Source: Klebsormidium nitens (taxonomy: Eukaryota; Plantae; Klebsormidiophyceae). From it: a stretch of 51,459 nt of DNA. Positions 1-11,000 of the stretch are shown piece by piece (position 1 is the stretch's first letter; each line of letters starts with the position of its first letter). A model generated the notes under the pieces. That model was not told the DNA's origin. It ran no database searches and saw nothing but the letters and a program-made list of their open reading frames with translations. The stretch covers positions 1 through 51,459 of the forward strand of contig DF237562.1 of NCBI GenBank assembly GCA_000708835.1, given 5' to 3'. Position numbers and translations under genes: made by a program.

Positions 1-1470
1 CGTGGATTATGCGGCTAATCGTATAGCTCTCCCTTGTCCACTACTTGTGACAAGACCAGCCACGCAAGCTGTGCAGAACACAGATAAGCTTGGCTGCATC
101 GAACGGCGAAGCCGAACACAACTTATCCTGAACGGTGATATCGGCTCACTGAATCCGATCCATCCGGGATATTACGCCGTCTTGCAGACAGCTACGCAGT
201 GCGTCGTTAAGACGTAACCACCGCCGTTTCGCTAACTCGCGGTCAACGAAATCCTGTCGAGAACGAGGTTAGGCTTAACCAGTCGTAATCGTTACAAGAA
301 ACCACCCCTCCTGAAACCACCCCCTGAAACCTCCACCTCCACCGCGAAACTTCCTGCCAGAGGACTTCTTCTTCTCCTTCGATTGCTCATCTTCCTTGAC
401 AGCCTTCTTAGCCTTCTTGACCTGTGCTTGGAGTTCGTCTGGGAGAGTGGAGATGAAAGCTTGCTCTTCGACTTTCTTCAAAACATTCCAGCCTTCTGAC
501 TCAGCAATTTCGAGAAACTGCAAGCGCTTGGAGCAGATGTCGATACCTTCATCCAGGTGCTGGCGGAGCTTCTCTGCATCCTCAGGACCAAGGGGGGGAA
601 GATCACCATCAGCCACAGCAGCGACCCTGTCGCGAACCTCGTGCATGTGAAGAGAAGCCTCCTCCAGAGGAACATACTGCTTCTTGATGCCTTCGTTCTT
701 GAGAGACTCACCCTTGCGCTTCTTGCTCTCGAAGGAAGAAGAACCAGCACCAGCAGAAACAGAGTCCTGAACAGCGGAAAGCTTTTGCTCGATCCGAGAA
801 GCGATCCGATCTTCGGAAGCAGCGAACATGTGCGTGAGCATGCCTTGAAACTGAGGATCGAGGAAGCCAAGAGGAGGTTGCTCCATGCGTGCTGCATGTT
901 GCTGGTTAGACGGAGGTTGCTCGGTCTGGAAGCGCTGAGGAGGTGTAAAAGCACTCTGGCTGCTGTGCTGAAAATTGAAAGGACCACCAAAACCGAAGGG
1001 GGAAGGCCCATAGCCATTCATAGGAGGAGCAACAAATGGATTGAAGCCCTGCGCGAGACCAGGAGGAGCACGAAGCGGAGCAGGAGGGACGCGAATGTCC
1101 TGCTGAGCATGGTCTTCGGCTGCCTTGAGCGCAGCTTCGTCTTGAGCATGGCCTTGTTCTTCTTCGTTGCGCGGAGGAACTTCCCTGACTTCAGCTCCAG
1201 CATCTTCATTTCCTGGCAGTTCCCCATCAGCAGGAAGAGCTTCTTGGCTTCGAAGGGCCGCCATCGTCAGAGCTGATGAAGATCGCAAAGCAGAGGATCA
1301 CGAACGAAAGAGGACTAGAGCGTCACGTGAAGGAAGACGAAAGCCATGCACAGATGCATGGACAGAGGAGAAAAGAGAGAAGGAACTTAGAGAGAGAGTT
1401 GCGTCGAGCCTAGCAGTGTCTGTAGTTCGCACATCGCAGAATGAAGAATGAGCGAACTTCGTTCGCTTAA
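1..1470 (-). mobile_element. Left-truncated Ngaro/DIRS-like tyrosine-recombinase retrotransposon (5' region plus ORF1); boundaries approximate
   Basis: Intronless 1 kb ORF in an otherwise intron-dense genome. The pyrimidine-rich leader at 1290-1450 ends near a hairpin GAGCGAAC-TTC-GTTCGCTT (1449-1467). No RT/RH or YR domain is visible inside the window. Confidence 0.5.
275..1264 (-). CDS. Gag-like ORF1 of a Ngaro/DIRS-type retroelement
   Basis: ATG at 1264. Low-complexity Pro/Gln N-terminus, then KNEGIKKQY...LDEGIDICSKRLQFLEIAESEGWNVL, which resembles (from recall) the Ngaro ORF1 pattern 'GNE.QF...LEEG...I.ERQK.I.IAD.SE.GW.TV.EY'. Basic RGG-rich tail follows. Confidence 0.55.
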   Translation of the reverse strand: MAALRSQEALPADGELPGNEDAGAEVREVPPRNEEEQGHAQDEAALKAAEDHAQQDIRVPPAPLRAPPGLAQGFNPFVAPPMNGYGPSPFGFGGPFNFQHSSQSAFTPPQRFQTEQPPSNQQHAARMEQPPLGFLDPQFQGMLTHMFAASEDRIASRIEQKLSAVQDSVSAGAGSSSFESKKRKGESLKNEGIKKQYVPLEEASLHMHEVRDRVAAVADGDLPPLGPEDAEKLRQHLDEGIDICSKRLQFLEIAESEGWNVLKKVEEQAFISTLPDELQAQVKKAKKAVKEDEQSKEKKKSSGRKFRGGGGGFRGWFQEGWFLVTITTG

Positions 1471-2033
1471 AGAGGGCGTTGATACGCCACGTCATCAACC
1501 GGCCACTTTTTGCAGGGCCGAGTGCTCGGGGCACAAGCTCTGATACCAACTTCTTGGCGACAGAATACCACAAACCCATGCTTCGATGTCGCTGTGTGAC
1601 GTCAGGCGTTCCGGGTCCCAAGACGCCCACTTTAAATACTTCGCTTGGCGAAGATCTGCTGACGTCAGCAGTGTCGCAGACTGAGATTCGAATTCGAATT
1701 ACGGTTCGCGGCAGAGAACCGAAATTCTTCACTAATTTCAAACGTGAAGAATTTACAATTTCTTCGGGTCAGGTTTTAACACAGAGTCGACAAACCCGGC
1801 CACCTTCCGTGCTTGAATGACGACTGGAGCAGGCCACGAGAAACCCGTCAAAGAATGTAATAACCCACTAAAAAGAGCTTGAAAGCGCTGACAGTGATGG
1901 CCTATTCTCGCTCATGCATTGACTCCTGAGCTATATTCAATGCAACAATTCTGGGCAGGAATGTCGGCTGAAGCAGCTGCACTTCTCCCCTTCGTGACAC
2001 TGCTCTAGCTGGGTGGCAAGCCCATTCAGAGCT

Positions 2034-5000
2034 ATGGCGGACCGAGCCGCCTCTGAAGTTGTAGCGAAGAGGTGCGTCACCATCAACACAAGCAAGAACG
2101 TCAACCAACCGAGGCTGCGGAACAAGGTTGCAAACACCAAGTACACGTTGCTGACTTTTCTGCCCAAAAATTCGATGGAACAATTCAGGTGAGAATGTGA
2201 ATTGTTCACTAGCTTCTGGATTTGTGCAGCTACAAGAGAAAGAGTGGCGACTAAATATGCAACTTGCCTAACTGCCCAGCGTGTGTGGAGCCCAAATATC
2301 TATGCGATGGAGTTGTTTATAGGACTGATTGTACTTCATGTCCACCAACTTTTGTTCGTCAGCCCAGAAAAAGCGGCTGTCTCCATTGTTGTGTCAATAA
2401 GAGTTTTTCCTTTCTTACCACCAACTTTGTTGAACACTTTCTATGGCACATCTCATCTGCAAGCAGATTGGAAAGCAGTTTGCAGCCCGTTTGCATTCCA
2501 GAAAGTTCTGCGCCCAGCCTAAGAATGCCAAGATCAACCAACTTCATTTGATTGAAGCCCCTTAAACAACTAACACTACTTGCTTAACTGCCGACTCTAT
2601 CTGCTCTGCCCCCGCCTCACAAACAGACATTCCTTGATCATTGCTGTGCCCTGACGGTGGTCCCTCTCATCTTGGTCAACAGACTCATTGTTGTGCACTT
2701 TGTTGCTGAATTGCGTACCTCTTGGCAGCCACTTCACAACGAACGACTTCTTCTGTGGCTGCTATCTTCTTACCTTGGTCAACACTCACAATCAATGGTC
2801 AACCACTTTCCTTGACACCCCAACACTTATTCTCTGCAGCCACTTCCTTATGAAGGACTTCTGCTGTGGCCGCCAATCCTCTTTTCATGGAGAACACCCT
2901 CAACAAACCGCCAGCAATATTTCCTTCCCACATATTCGTACCAACATACTCTTACCCCAAACCCCCTCTTCTCTGCAGCCGCTTCATGAACAAGTACTTT
3001 CTGATCATTGCGGTGCTCCAGCTGTGGCCGCTGATCACGCCCGTGAACCCGCTCACCACATGGGGCCCCCTCCTGTTCATTTTTGCCGTCACCTCCATCA
3101 AGGAGGCATGGGACGACCTCGGGCGCTGGAAGATGGACAAGGAGGCTAACCAGAAGCGGGTTTGGATAACCAGGGACGGCCAACGCGTTCCTGTGAGTTG
3201 GATTTCAATGATGCTGTAAAGAAAAGCTGAGTGAACAATCAGAGAGCTGTGCTGAGACAGGTGGAGTTAGTTAGTGGGTGCGGGTGCGGGTGGGGTGCGG
3301 GTGCAGAGCAAGTAAAGTTTTCAATTGGTCTGGAGTATGATTGAGGGCTTAATATTGTTTCACTGCGCATCTTGTTCACCAAGTTGAGAAGTACGTAAGT
3401 TGGTGGCAAAAGCATATAAGCCCTTGGGTATGAGCTGTGTCAACAGAAAGCCTTAGCCCTTTTCTTGGGTCATTCTGTATCTTATCATGGTGCATTTTTT
3501 CTTCTTAGTCAATACCATGCTTGATCAATTCATTGCTCTCATCTCTCAGTTCTCGAACAGATTCCACAGAGTTTCAATGATGGACAGACTGCTGAACTCA
3601 TCACATACCACCTGAAAGGAGGCAAACTTCTGTCACAATTCTCAAGGTCGTCATCTCTTGCAGGTGATGGCCCAAGATGTGTGCGTAGGCGACGTTGTGT
3701 GGTTGCAAGAGGACGACGAGGTGCCGTGTGACATCGTGTTGCTTGGGACGGCGGATCCGCTGGGACACTGCTACGTCCAGGTCAGTCCAGGCTTAAGCGG
3801 AAATATTGCGAAGCGCCTAGGCCGTTGAAGAACAGAAAATTGGGAGAAGGAATAAGGGGTGGTGTAGGCAAAGGGTGCAAACATCACGCAAATTCGACAG
3901 AAAAGCAAGGAAGGGGGTGTGCGATTGTTTCCTGCAGCTCGAAGCTGGACTGGAGTCTAGAATAACAGCTTGAGTTTTTGAACATGCATTTCTGTTGTGC
4001 CAAACTTTGCCTCGCATGCTCTGCAGACGGCGGCTCTGGACGGGGAGACCAACTTGAAGACCCGCTACGTTGCATTACCAACAGAAGAAACAGCCTCCAT
4101 TGAGAAGATGGTACATATAACGGTGAGTGCTAAACCTCAGGTATGCTCCGCAACGTACTTTTCTTCTGCTTCGAAATGAACAGGTATAGCCGTCAAAAAT
4201 CTAGTCTCCGGAACGAAAGACGTTTTCGGTTTGCACTTTGTCATCCGATTGAGACTGACTGATACTGGTTGTCGTGCAGTGCTGTTCATTGCTCGCCGCA
4301 ATTGCCGTTGCCAATTTTGACCGAAGGCAGCGACAGTTAATTGTAAGCCTGGTAGAGAAAACTGAACGGAAAAGTTCGGCAAGAATTTCGAGTCTGGTTT
4401 CCAGCAGCCCTGGCGTGCTACTACGAGGACTCTCCAGTCCTCGCTGCACCTTTCAGCTTCTGCCCCTTAGCACGTTTCTCTTCCCTTAGGTCATCGCTTC
4501 CCTCTTCCAACCACTATCCTCCTTCTTGGCCCACCCGACTGTGCCGACGTGAGCGCGATCTTTCGCTGCAGGGATCCATCGAATGCCCCCTCCCCAACAA
4601 GGACGTGTCCCGCTTCGACGCCTTGTTTCGTCCCGCAGCCGGGTCTACCGACGACGGCCTGGTTCCACTGAGCATCGAGAATACGCTCTTGCAGTCGTGC
4701 TACCTCAAGAATACCGCCTGGGTTTGTGGCGTTGCCGTCTACACAGGTCCGTTACAGCAGATTTTGCTGGCCACTTGTGGGTAGGCATACATAGAAAGCG
4801 GTGTCCTTTTGGGAGGTCCACTTGGCTCGTCGGTTGATGATGACACCATTCAGATTTCTTCGGTTTACAGCTATTGGCTGGTAGTAGAAGGTGGACGGCA
4901 GACGGAGTTGGTAGTCTGAAGATGCTGCCTGTTGACACAACAAAGCGACAAGGTCTGTGTCGGCAAACAGCAAAGAGTAGTAGTGTTTCCTCCGATGCCA

Positions 5001-8000
5001 GTATCTGAAATGAAGTTCACCGTTCGGAGTTGCAACTGGATGCTGGGAAAGACTGCAGAAGCACCCTCGCCATTCAGACGGTGCCTCGAAACGGCTTTCA
5101 AATTGTCGTTTGGAAATGCATCCAAGTGATTGAAGATCCGATCCTTTCATCCAATCAAGGAAGACAACACTTCTTGCAAGACTCTGCTTCTCTGCACGAC
5201 ATTCCCACCGTATGATCGTTGGGCAGTCACATCCAAGGCCTACTCCTCGACGAGGCAAAGACAAGTGCCCTACAGACCTTGAGTGGAGCCTACTCTGCAC
5301 AGTTGCCTTCAAACCCCGCTTGCCTTTCCTGCAGGCAACGAGACGAAGCTGGGCATGAGCCGCGGCGCCACCCCGGTGAAGCTGGCCGCAACGGACGCCG
5401 TAATTGACCGGCTGACGGGCGCCATCTTCGCGTTCCAGATTTTGGTCGTTGCGGTCATGGGCGCCTCAGGGGACGTCCTCAAGGAGCGCCAGCGGCACCG
5501 GGTGAGACTGCGGAAGCATCAGCACAGCTCTAAAACCTTGCTTTTCCTAAAATCAGAGATTTTCCGAACCTGGAAATCTCACTCATTCCGAGCTTCGACC
5601 ATGATTTGAGTACAGGTGCAGCAATTACTGGGTTATCGGTCGGACCCCGTCGTTGGGTCGGAATCTGTTGGCCCATTGCGAAATCGCCGAGGTGATTGGT
5701 GATCTCAACAATTGTTCATCGGACAGTCTAGATCCGGCATACGGCACAGATTGAACTCCGGATCAGGTGGCTAGATGGCTCAGTAAGCAGTAGCTGGCGT
5801 CGTCCCCCGAAGACGATGGAACCGGTGGTTGGACCACGTGAAATCCACTTCGTTGTTTAGATGCCTTAGCTTGGCCATGGTTGCGGAATTTCAGACCTCA
5901 AAGGCTCTAAACATACTTGAAGCGGCTCCGGGAAGCTGCCGTTATGACACAGTGACACCCTCAATACTGCTCGGGCCAGCAGATTGGAGTCTCATCGTTT
6001 CGTGGCTTGGGACACGGTGCAGAGCCGACGTGTGGATTTCCTTCGCGCGTAGAATTTCGGTGGAACAGTAGTTTGAAACGCCGATTCATCTTTCCCTCTT
6101 CTCCCCTTTCGCAGCTGTGGTACCTGGAGTACCCCCGCCGCGAGCGCTGGTTCGACTTTTCGGTCATCCCGCTGCGCTTCGAGCTGCTGAGCTCCATCAT
6201 GATCCCCATCTCGCTCAAGGTGTGGCCCTCAATCCTTTGTTTCCGTCGACCCTTCTTTTGCTTCTCCGTTTTACCAGAGATTTGGATGAGAGCTCCGGTG
6301 TTGCAAACCAGGAAAAAACGAAGAGGAAAGCCAGTGTCTGGCACCTTGCCTTCGCCCCCCTTGGAATTTCGCTCTCTTTGAGATGGGACCGTCCGCTCAG
6401 ATTGTGTGCCCGTGAACTGAGGTCAATCAGCACTGATGCCAGGGCCCAAGCCCCGCTTGCGCTTCTCGGAGAATGCAATTTGTTCTCTCAGTTCCGAAAA
6501 GCAAACCCCGAAATCTGTACCCTCAGTTCCGAAACGCAAACCCCGAGAAGGGCAGCTCGCATCCGTACGCCTTGGCTTGTGAATTGGACGAAACACCAGG
6601 GTTTGGAAGCAAGTTTGTCGGAAGTGACTCGTCCGAGACTGCTTTTCATGTTTCAGTGTTGTGGGTTTTCTGCACACCTGACCCCGGCAAGCTCAATGGC
6701 GGCAACCTTACGCAGTTGCAGCAAAGAAGTCGGCAATCCTAAGCTTTGGCTCGAGGGTCTCGCTCAAGTCCCGTCAGTCGAAAAGCCCTCAATGCGCTGC
6801 AACTGTTTGGATGTCCGCAGGTGACGATGGATCTGGTGAAGGCGGCCTACTCCAAGTTCATCGACTGGGACCTCCAGCTGTATGACGCAGACACCGACAC
6901 GCCCGCGCGCGCCAGCAAGTGAGTCGCGCTTTCGTTTAGCGGTGTCAAATGATCAGAGAACTTCGTTGACAAGTGAAACAGGGACTAAGAGCTCGACACC
7001 TTCCTCGCTATGATATTCCTGGAAGTGTAGTGGACGAAAAGACACGGCTTCGCATCGTCAGTGAGAACATAGCAGCAGACCGATTTAGGCGCCATCCGGG
7101 AGTACGCAAATAGACGGATCGCTGTGTTGGGCTTGGTCCTGTCCGTAATTCATTGTTCAATTTCGTTCTTCTAGGCGCAGTTTGTGGCAGGCCGGAGCTC
7201 GTGAATTTCCGTTGACCATCCCGCGAGACGATCTCTGGGTTTGACTAGTAGCGACGAGCGGGTTTCGGAACGCTGGCCCAAGAATAAATAAGCGAGAAAC
7301 CGCTAGGAGAGAATTACGAGGGGAAATGGGTGCTCGGCCAAACGAGCATCTCGCAAGGCCTAGGACCGAGCCGATTGAGCTCTGAACGGCGGCCGTCGAA
7401 CGGCACCCTCGCGACGCAACAAAAAGTATACCAGCTGTGCTCCATCAGATAGCTCAGCACTCACAAGGCTTGACGCTTGTTGGATGCACAAGCTGTTCGC
7501 GTTTTGCAGCCGGGCAACCCGGAACCTACCGTCCAGCGTGCAAACCCCTGGGCATCGATCACGAGCGACTTGAGCCAATAATTGACTGGTTTGGAAACGT
7601 GTATCTCTGTGCGCAGCACGGGCATCCCCGAAGACCTGGGCCAGGTGCAGTACATTTTGACGGACAAGACGGGCACGCTGACGGAGAACGTAATGCTGCT
7701 CAAAAAGTGCGGTGTCCGCGGGCGGGCGTACGGAGAGACCACGGGAGACGTTGTGACGGGTGAGTGGGGCATGCACTTGGAAACCTTCCAGAAGCTGGGT
7801 TCTGCTTGCTGGGTTTCCCGAGATCCTTCCTGAATTTGAGCTTTAGATACAGTCTCGGATGAGCTGTTAAGAATCTCATGCTCAAGAAAAGCAGTCTGGC
7901 GACGAAAGCATGTAACAGCTGTCCAGTAGCCTTCCTGACAATTTTAAGGTTCAGTTTATTCAACGAAAAGCGGACCGCGAAATACAGTAGGACGGGCAAT

Positions 8001-11000
8001 CTGTTTTCGGGCACGTCAACCCTGCCTTTCAACGTCTCTTTGAACAAGTAAACGTCGGGGTTCTCATTGTGCAAAGTGTTGGTAAATCATCGTCAGGCTA
8101 CTCTCGATCCTCTGCAGACCCGGACCTCCGGCGCGCGCTCGAGCGCGCGGACTCAGCAGAGGCGCAGCTGGTGTTGGCGCTGGCGGTTTGCAACACGGTG
8201 GTACCTGTCCAGAAGCGGGGCGTGCGCAGCTTCAAGGTGGCGTCCCAAGACGAGCTGGCGTTCGTGAGCGCAGCGGCGGAGCTGGGGTTCACTCTGGCGA
8301 GCAGGGAGGGGCAGACGCTTGGTGAGGACGATGTTAAATTCTCCGTTTGATTGGAATCGAGGTCGAAACAAATGGAGGGCAATTGTCAAGCGTGACAGCG
8401 GACTGGGGACGGTAAGATCTCTGGGCGTTCAAGCAGGGAGGGACAGAAGCTAGGTGAGGCCGTTCCTCAATTGTGCATTGAGGGAATCGGACGTCTGTGA
8501 TTGCGGAACGACAACCAACTCGGCACGCTTTTAGATTCTGGGCGATCATGCAAGAAGGGACAGACGCTCGGTGAGGACAGTTTTCGCCTTGCGGATTGAA
8601 AAGACTGGACGTCAGTGCTTACGCACGACGATCGACTGGATCCAGCTTTTGAGCAGGAACGGGCGGACGCTCGTTCAGTGCGGATTCCGCGGGCAGTGAT
8701 CGGTGGTTTGTGAGTGGTTTGTGAGTGCTTTGTCTGAAAGGAGACACACGAGTCTCCGGGAGAACTTCGACCGTCAGAAGAATCTGAAGACCGTTCTGGG
8801 CAAGCAAGCTTCTTCCGAGCACGACCATTTTTCGGAGAGAGCGGTTTCTTTGCGAGGAAGCGAGACGGCCTTCGTAGACTGAACCCCATGTTAGCAAGGA
8901 TTCTCTTCTAAAGGAAAGATCCGACGCCTGGGTCTGAAGGAAGAAGTGTTCGCATCGTGAAGCTAACGTCAGCGACGCATGCAGCGCCAACCGCCGTTGC
9001 AATCCTGAGGCCTCCTTCTTTCGTTCGTTGGTTTTTATCTGGACTCTTCGTCGTTGTTTGACAGAGGGGACGCCCACCTCCTGGAGACGCTGGAGGTTTC
9101 GCTTGAGTGAAAGCAAAAGGTTAACTACAAGAACTTTCAACGTTTTTAGCTCCAAATACGAGCCTCCTATCTGTTTTTGACAGTTGTCGCGCTAGGTGAA
9201 GAGAGTGCCCGCTTCGAGCTGCTTGAGACGCTGGAGTTTTCGCCGGAGCGCAAGCGCATGAGCGTGGTGGTGCGCGAGCGGGCGTCGGGGCGGCTGAAGC
9301 TGTACACCAAAGGCGCGGACGAGACCATCTTCCCCAGGCTGCGAACAGGTTAAGCAACGGTGCTGTTGTTTCCAGATGTCGACCAGTACGGGTGCCTCAG
9401 CGGCTGTAGCGGAGTTTTTGAGTGTACATACGCATTTCGTCGGCGGAGGGTCTGCAGCTTTTACAGATGGACCGGTCGCTGATACAGAACATGATTCGCG
9501 GACCTCCTCTGGCGATGCGGGTTTGTCAAAGGCGAAACCCCTCCGCAATCAGGTCCTCAGTGACACGGGGTTTGGCTTTCTTGCGAACTGAAACTACGGA
9601 AAGACGTTCCTCACCCGGCCATATAACAGCTGTTTTTAAAAATTGCCGACCCTCAACTGTGTGCGACTTCCTGAGAGTTGCCCATCTGCTTAAAAGCCCA
9701 TTCTTCTACTGGAGCACTTGCAAAAGTCATACGACGAAAGTGCACAGTCATTGAGCGGTATTACACGAGGTAGCGTGGTAGCTTGGTAAGTCGAGGTAAG
9801 CCTCGGTAGCTCGGTAAGCCTCGATAGCTCCAGTAACTTGCCGAAATTTGGCGTAAGTCCTGTCCCTACCGCAACTCACCGGGCTCACCGCATCGTGGTT
9901 GGTGCGGCAAGCGGGGTAAGCACGGCAGTTTCCTGCCTGGAAAAACGTCAAGCTACCGCACTGTACCGCGCCCCATGTAACTTGCGGTAGCTCGATAGCT
10001 CCAAAAGCTGGAGCTACTACGACTTACCGCGCCCATGTGACTTGGCTCATTGACCTTGTTTGAACAGGTGAGGAGACGGCCTCGACGGCCGCGCTGCTGG
10101 AGGACTATGCGCGGCATGGACTGCGAACCATGGTGGTGGCGGCGCGCAGCGTTGACGAGGACGAGTATGCGGAGTGGGCGGGCAAAATGCGAGAGGCACG
10201 GGTGGCGCTCCAAGACAGAGACGTGAGTGCTTTTTACTTCACAGCTTGTTTGAAGCAGCCTGCCGCTTTCAGTGGAGACCTTAGTGTAGGTATCCGGTTC
10301 GCTGCTAAGTGACATTCAACCAGAGAAGGTGACACACAAACCGGCACAATGCGCGGACAATGCTGTATTTGGGGCCGATTGAAAGTTTCAGGTGGAGAGG
10401 AAGGTCGTGGGAGAGATTTGCGAAGTATGGGAAGCAGTGGGGGTGACTGAGAGAAACAAGGCTGGGGGCGTAAGTTCCGGCTTAGAGAAGATCTTTCCTG
10501 CTCTACTTTCTTTGACGGGCATCGCGAACCGTGCCGACCGAGTCGTCTATGACGAGCGATCTTTCACTTTCCGCGCTCTTCCACTTTCGATCACGTCAGA
10601 CTTGCAGAACACCGGACGCTGATGAAATTTGCATCTGCTTCGGTGAACCAGTTTCGACGTGCGTGGACTTAAGCGCAATTTGAGCCGCTCACAAAGCACC
10701 AAGTCTCAATGCGCTGGTTCGTCCTGCTTCAGGAGCGGACGGCGGAGGTGGCTTCGCTGTTGGAGACGCGGCTCGAGCTGCTGGGGTGCACTGCGATCGA
10801 GGACAAGTTGCAAGAGGGCGTGCCGGAAACCATTGCCCTGCTGCGGCGCGCGGGGATCCGGTTCTTCATGCTCACGGGAGACCGCCATTCTACTGCCGTG
10901 CAGATCGCCAAGGCGTGTGGGCTGGCTGGCTCAGGTGAAGATGCGAAACTTCGCCGCATGTTTGCTCCTTTTGCAGAGAGCGTTTGTAAGGGCAAGTGGA

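Noticed and set aside
20-70. Trace of a gag zinc knuckle (tgtcacaagtagtggacaa giving CHKCGQ after a 1-nt deletion)
   Set aside because: The His and last Cys cannot be recovered without several further edits.
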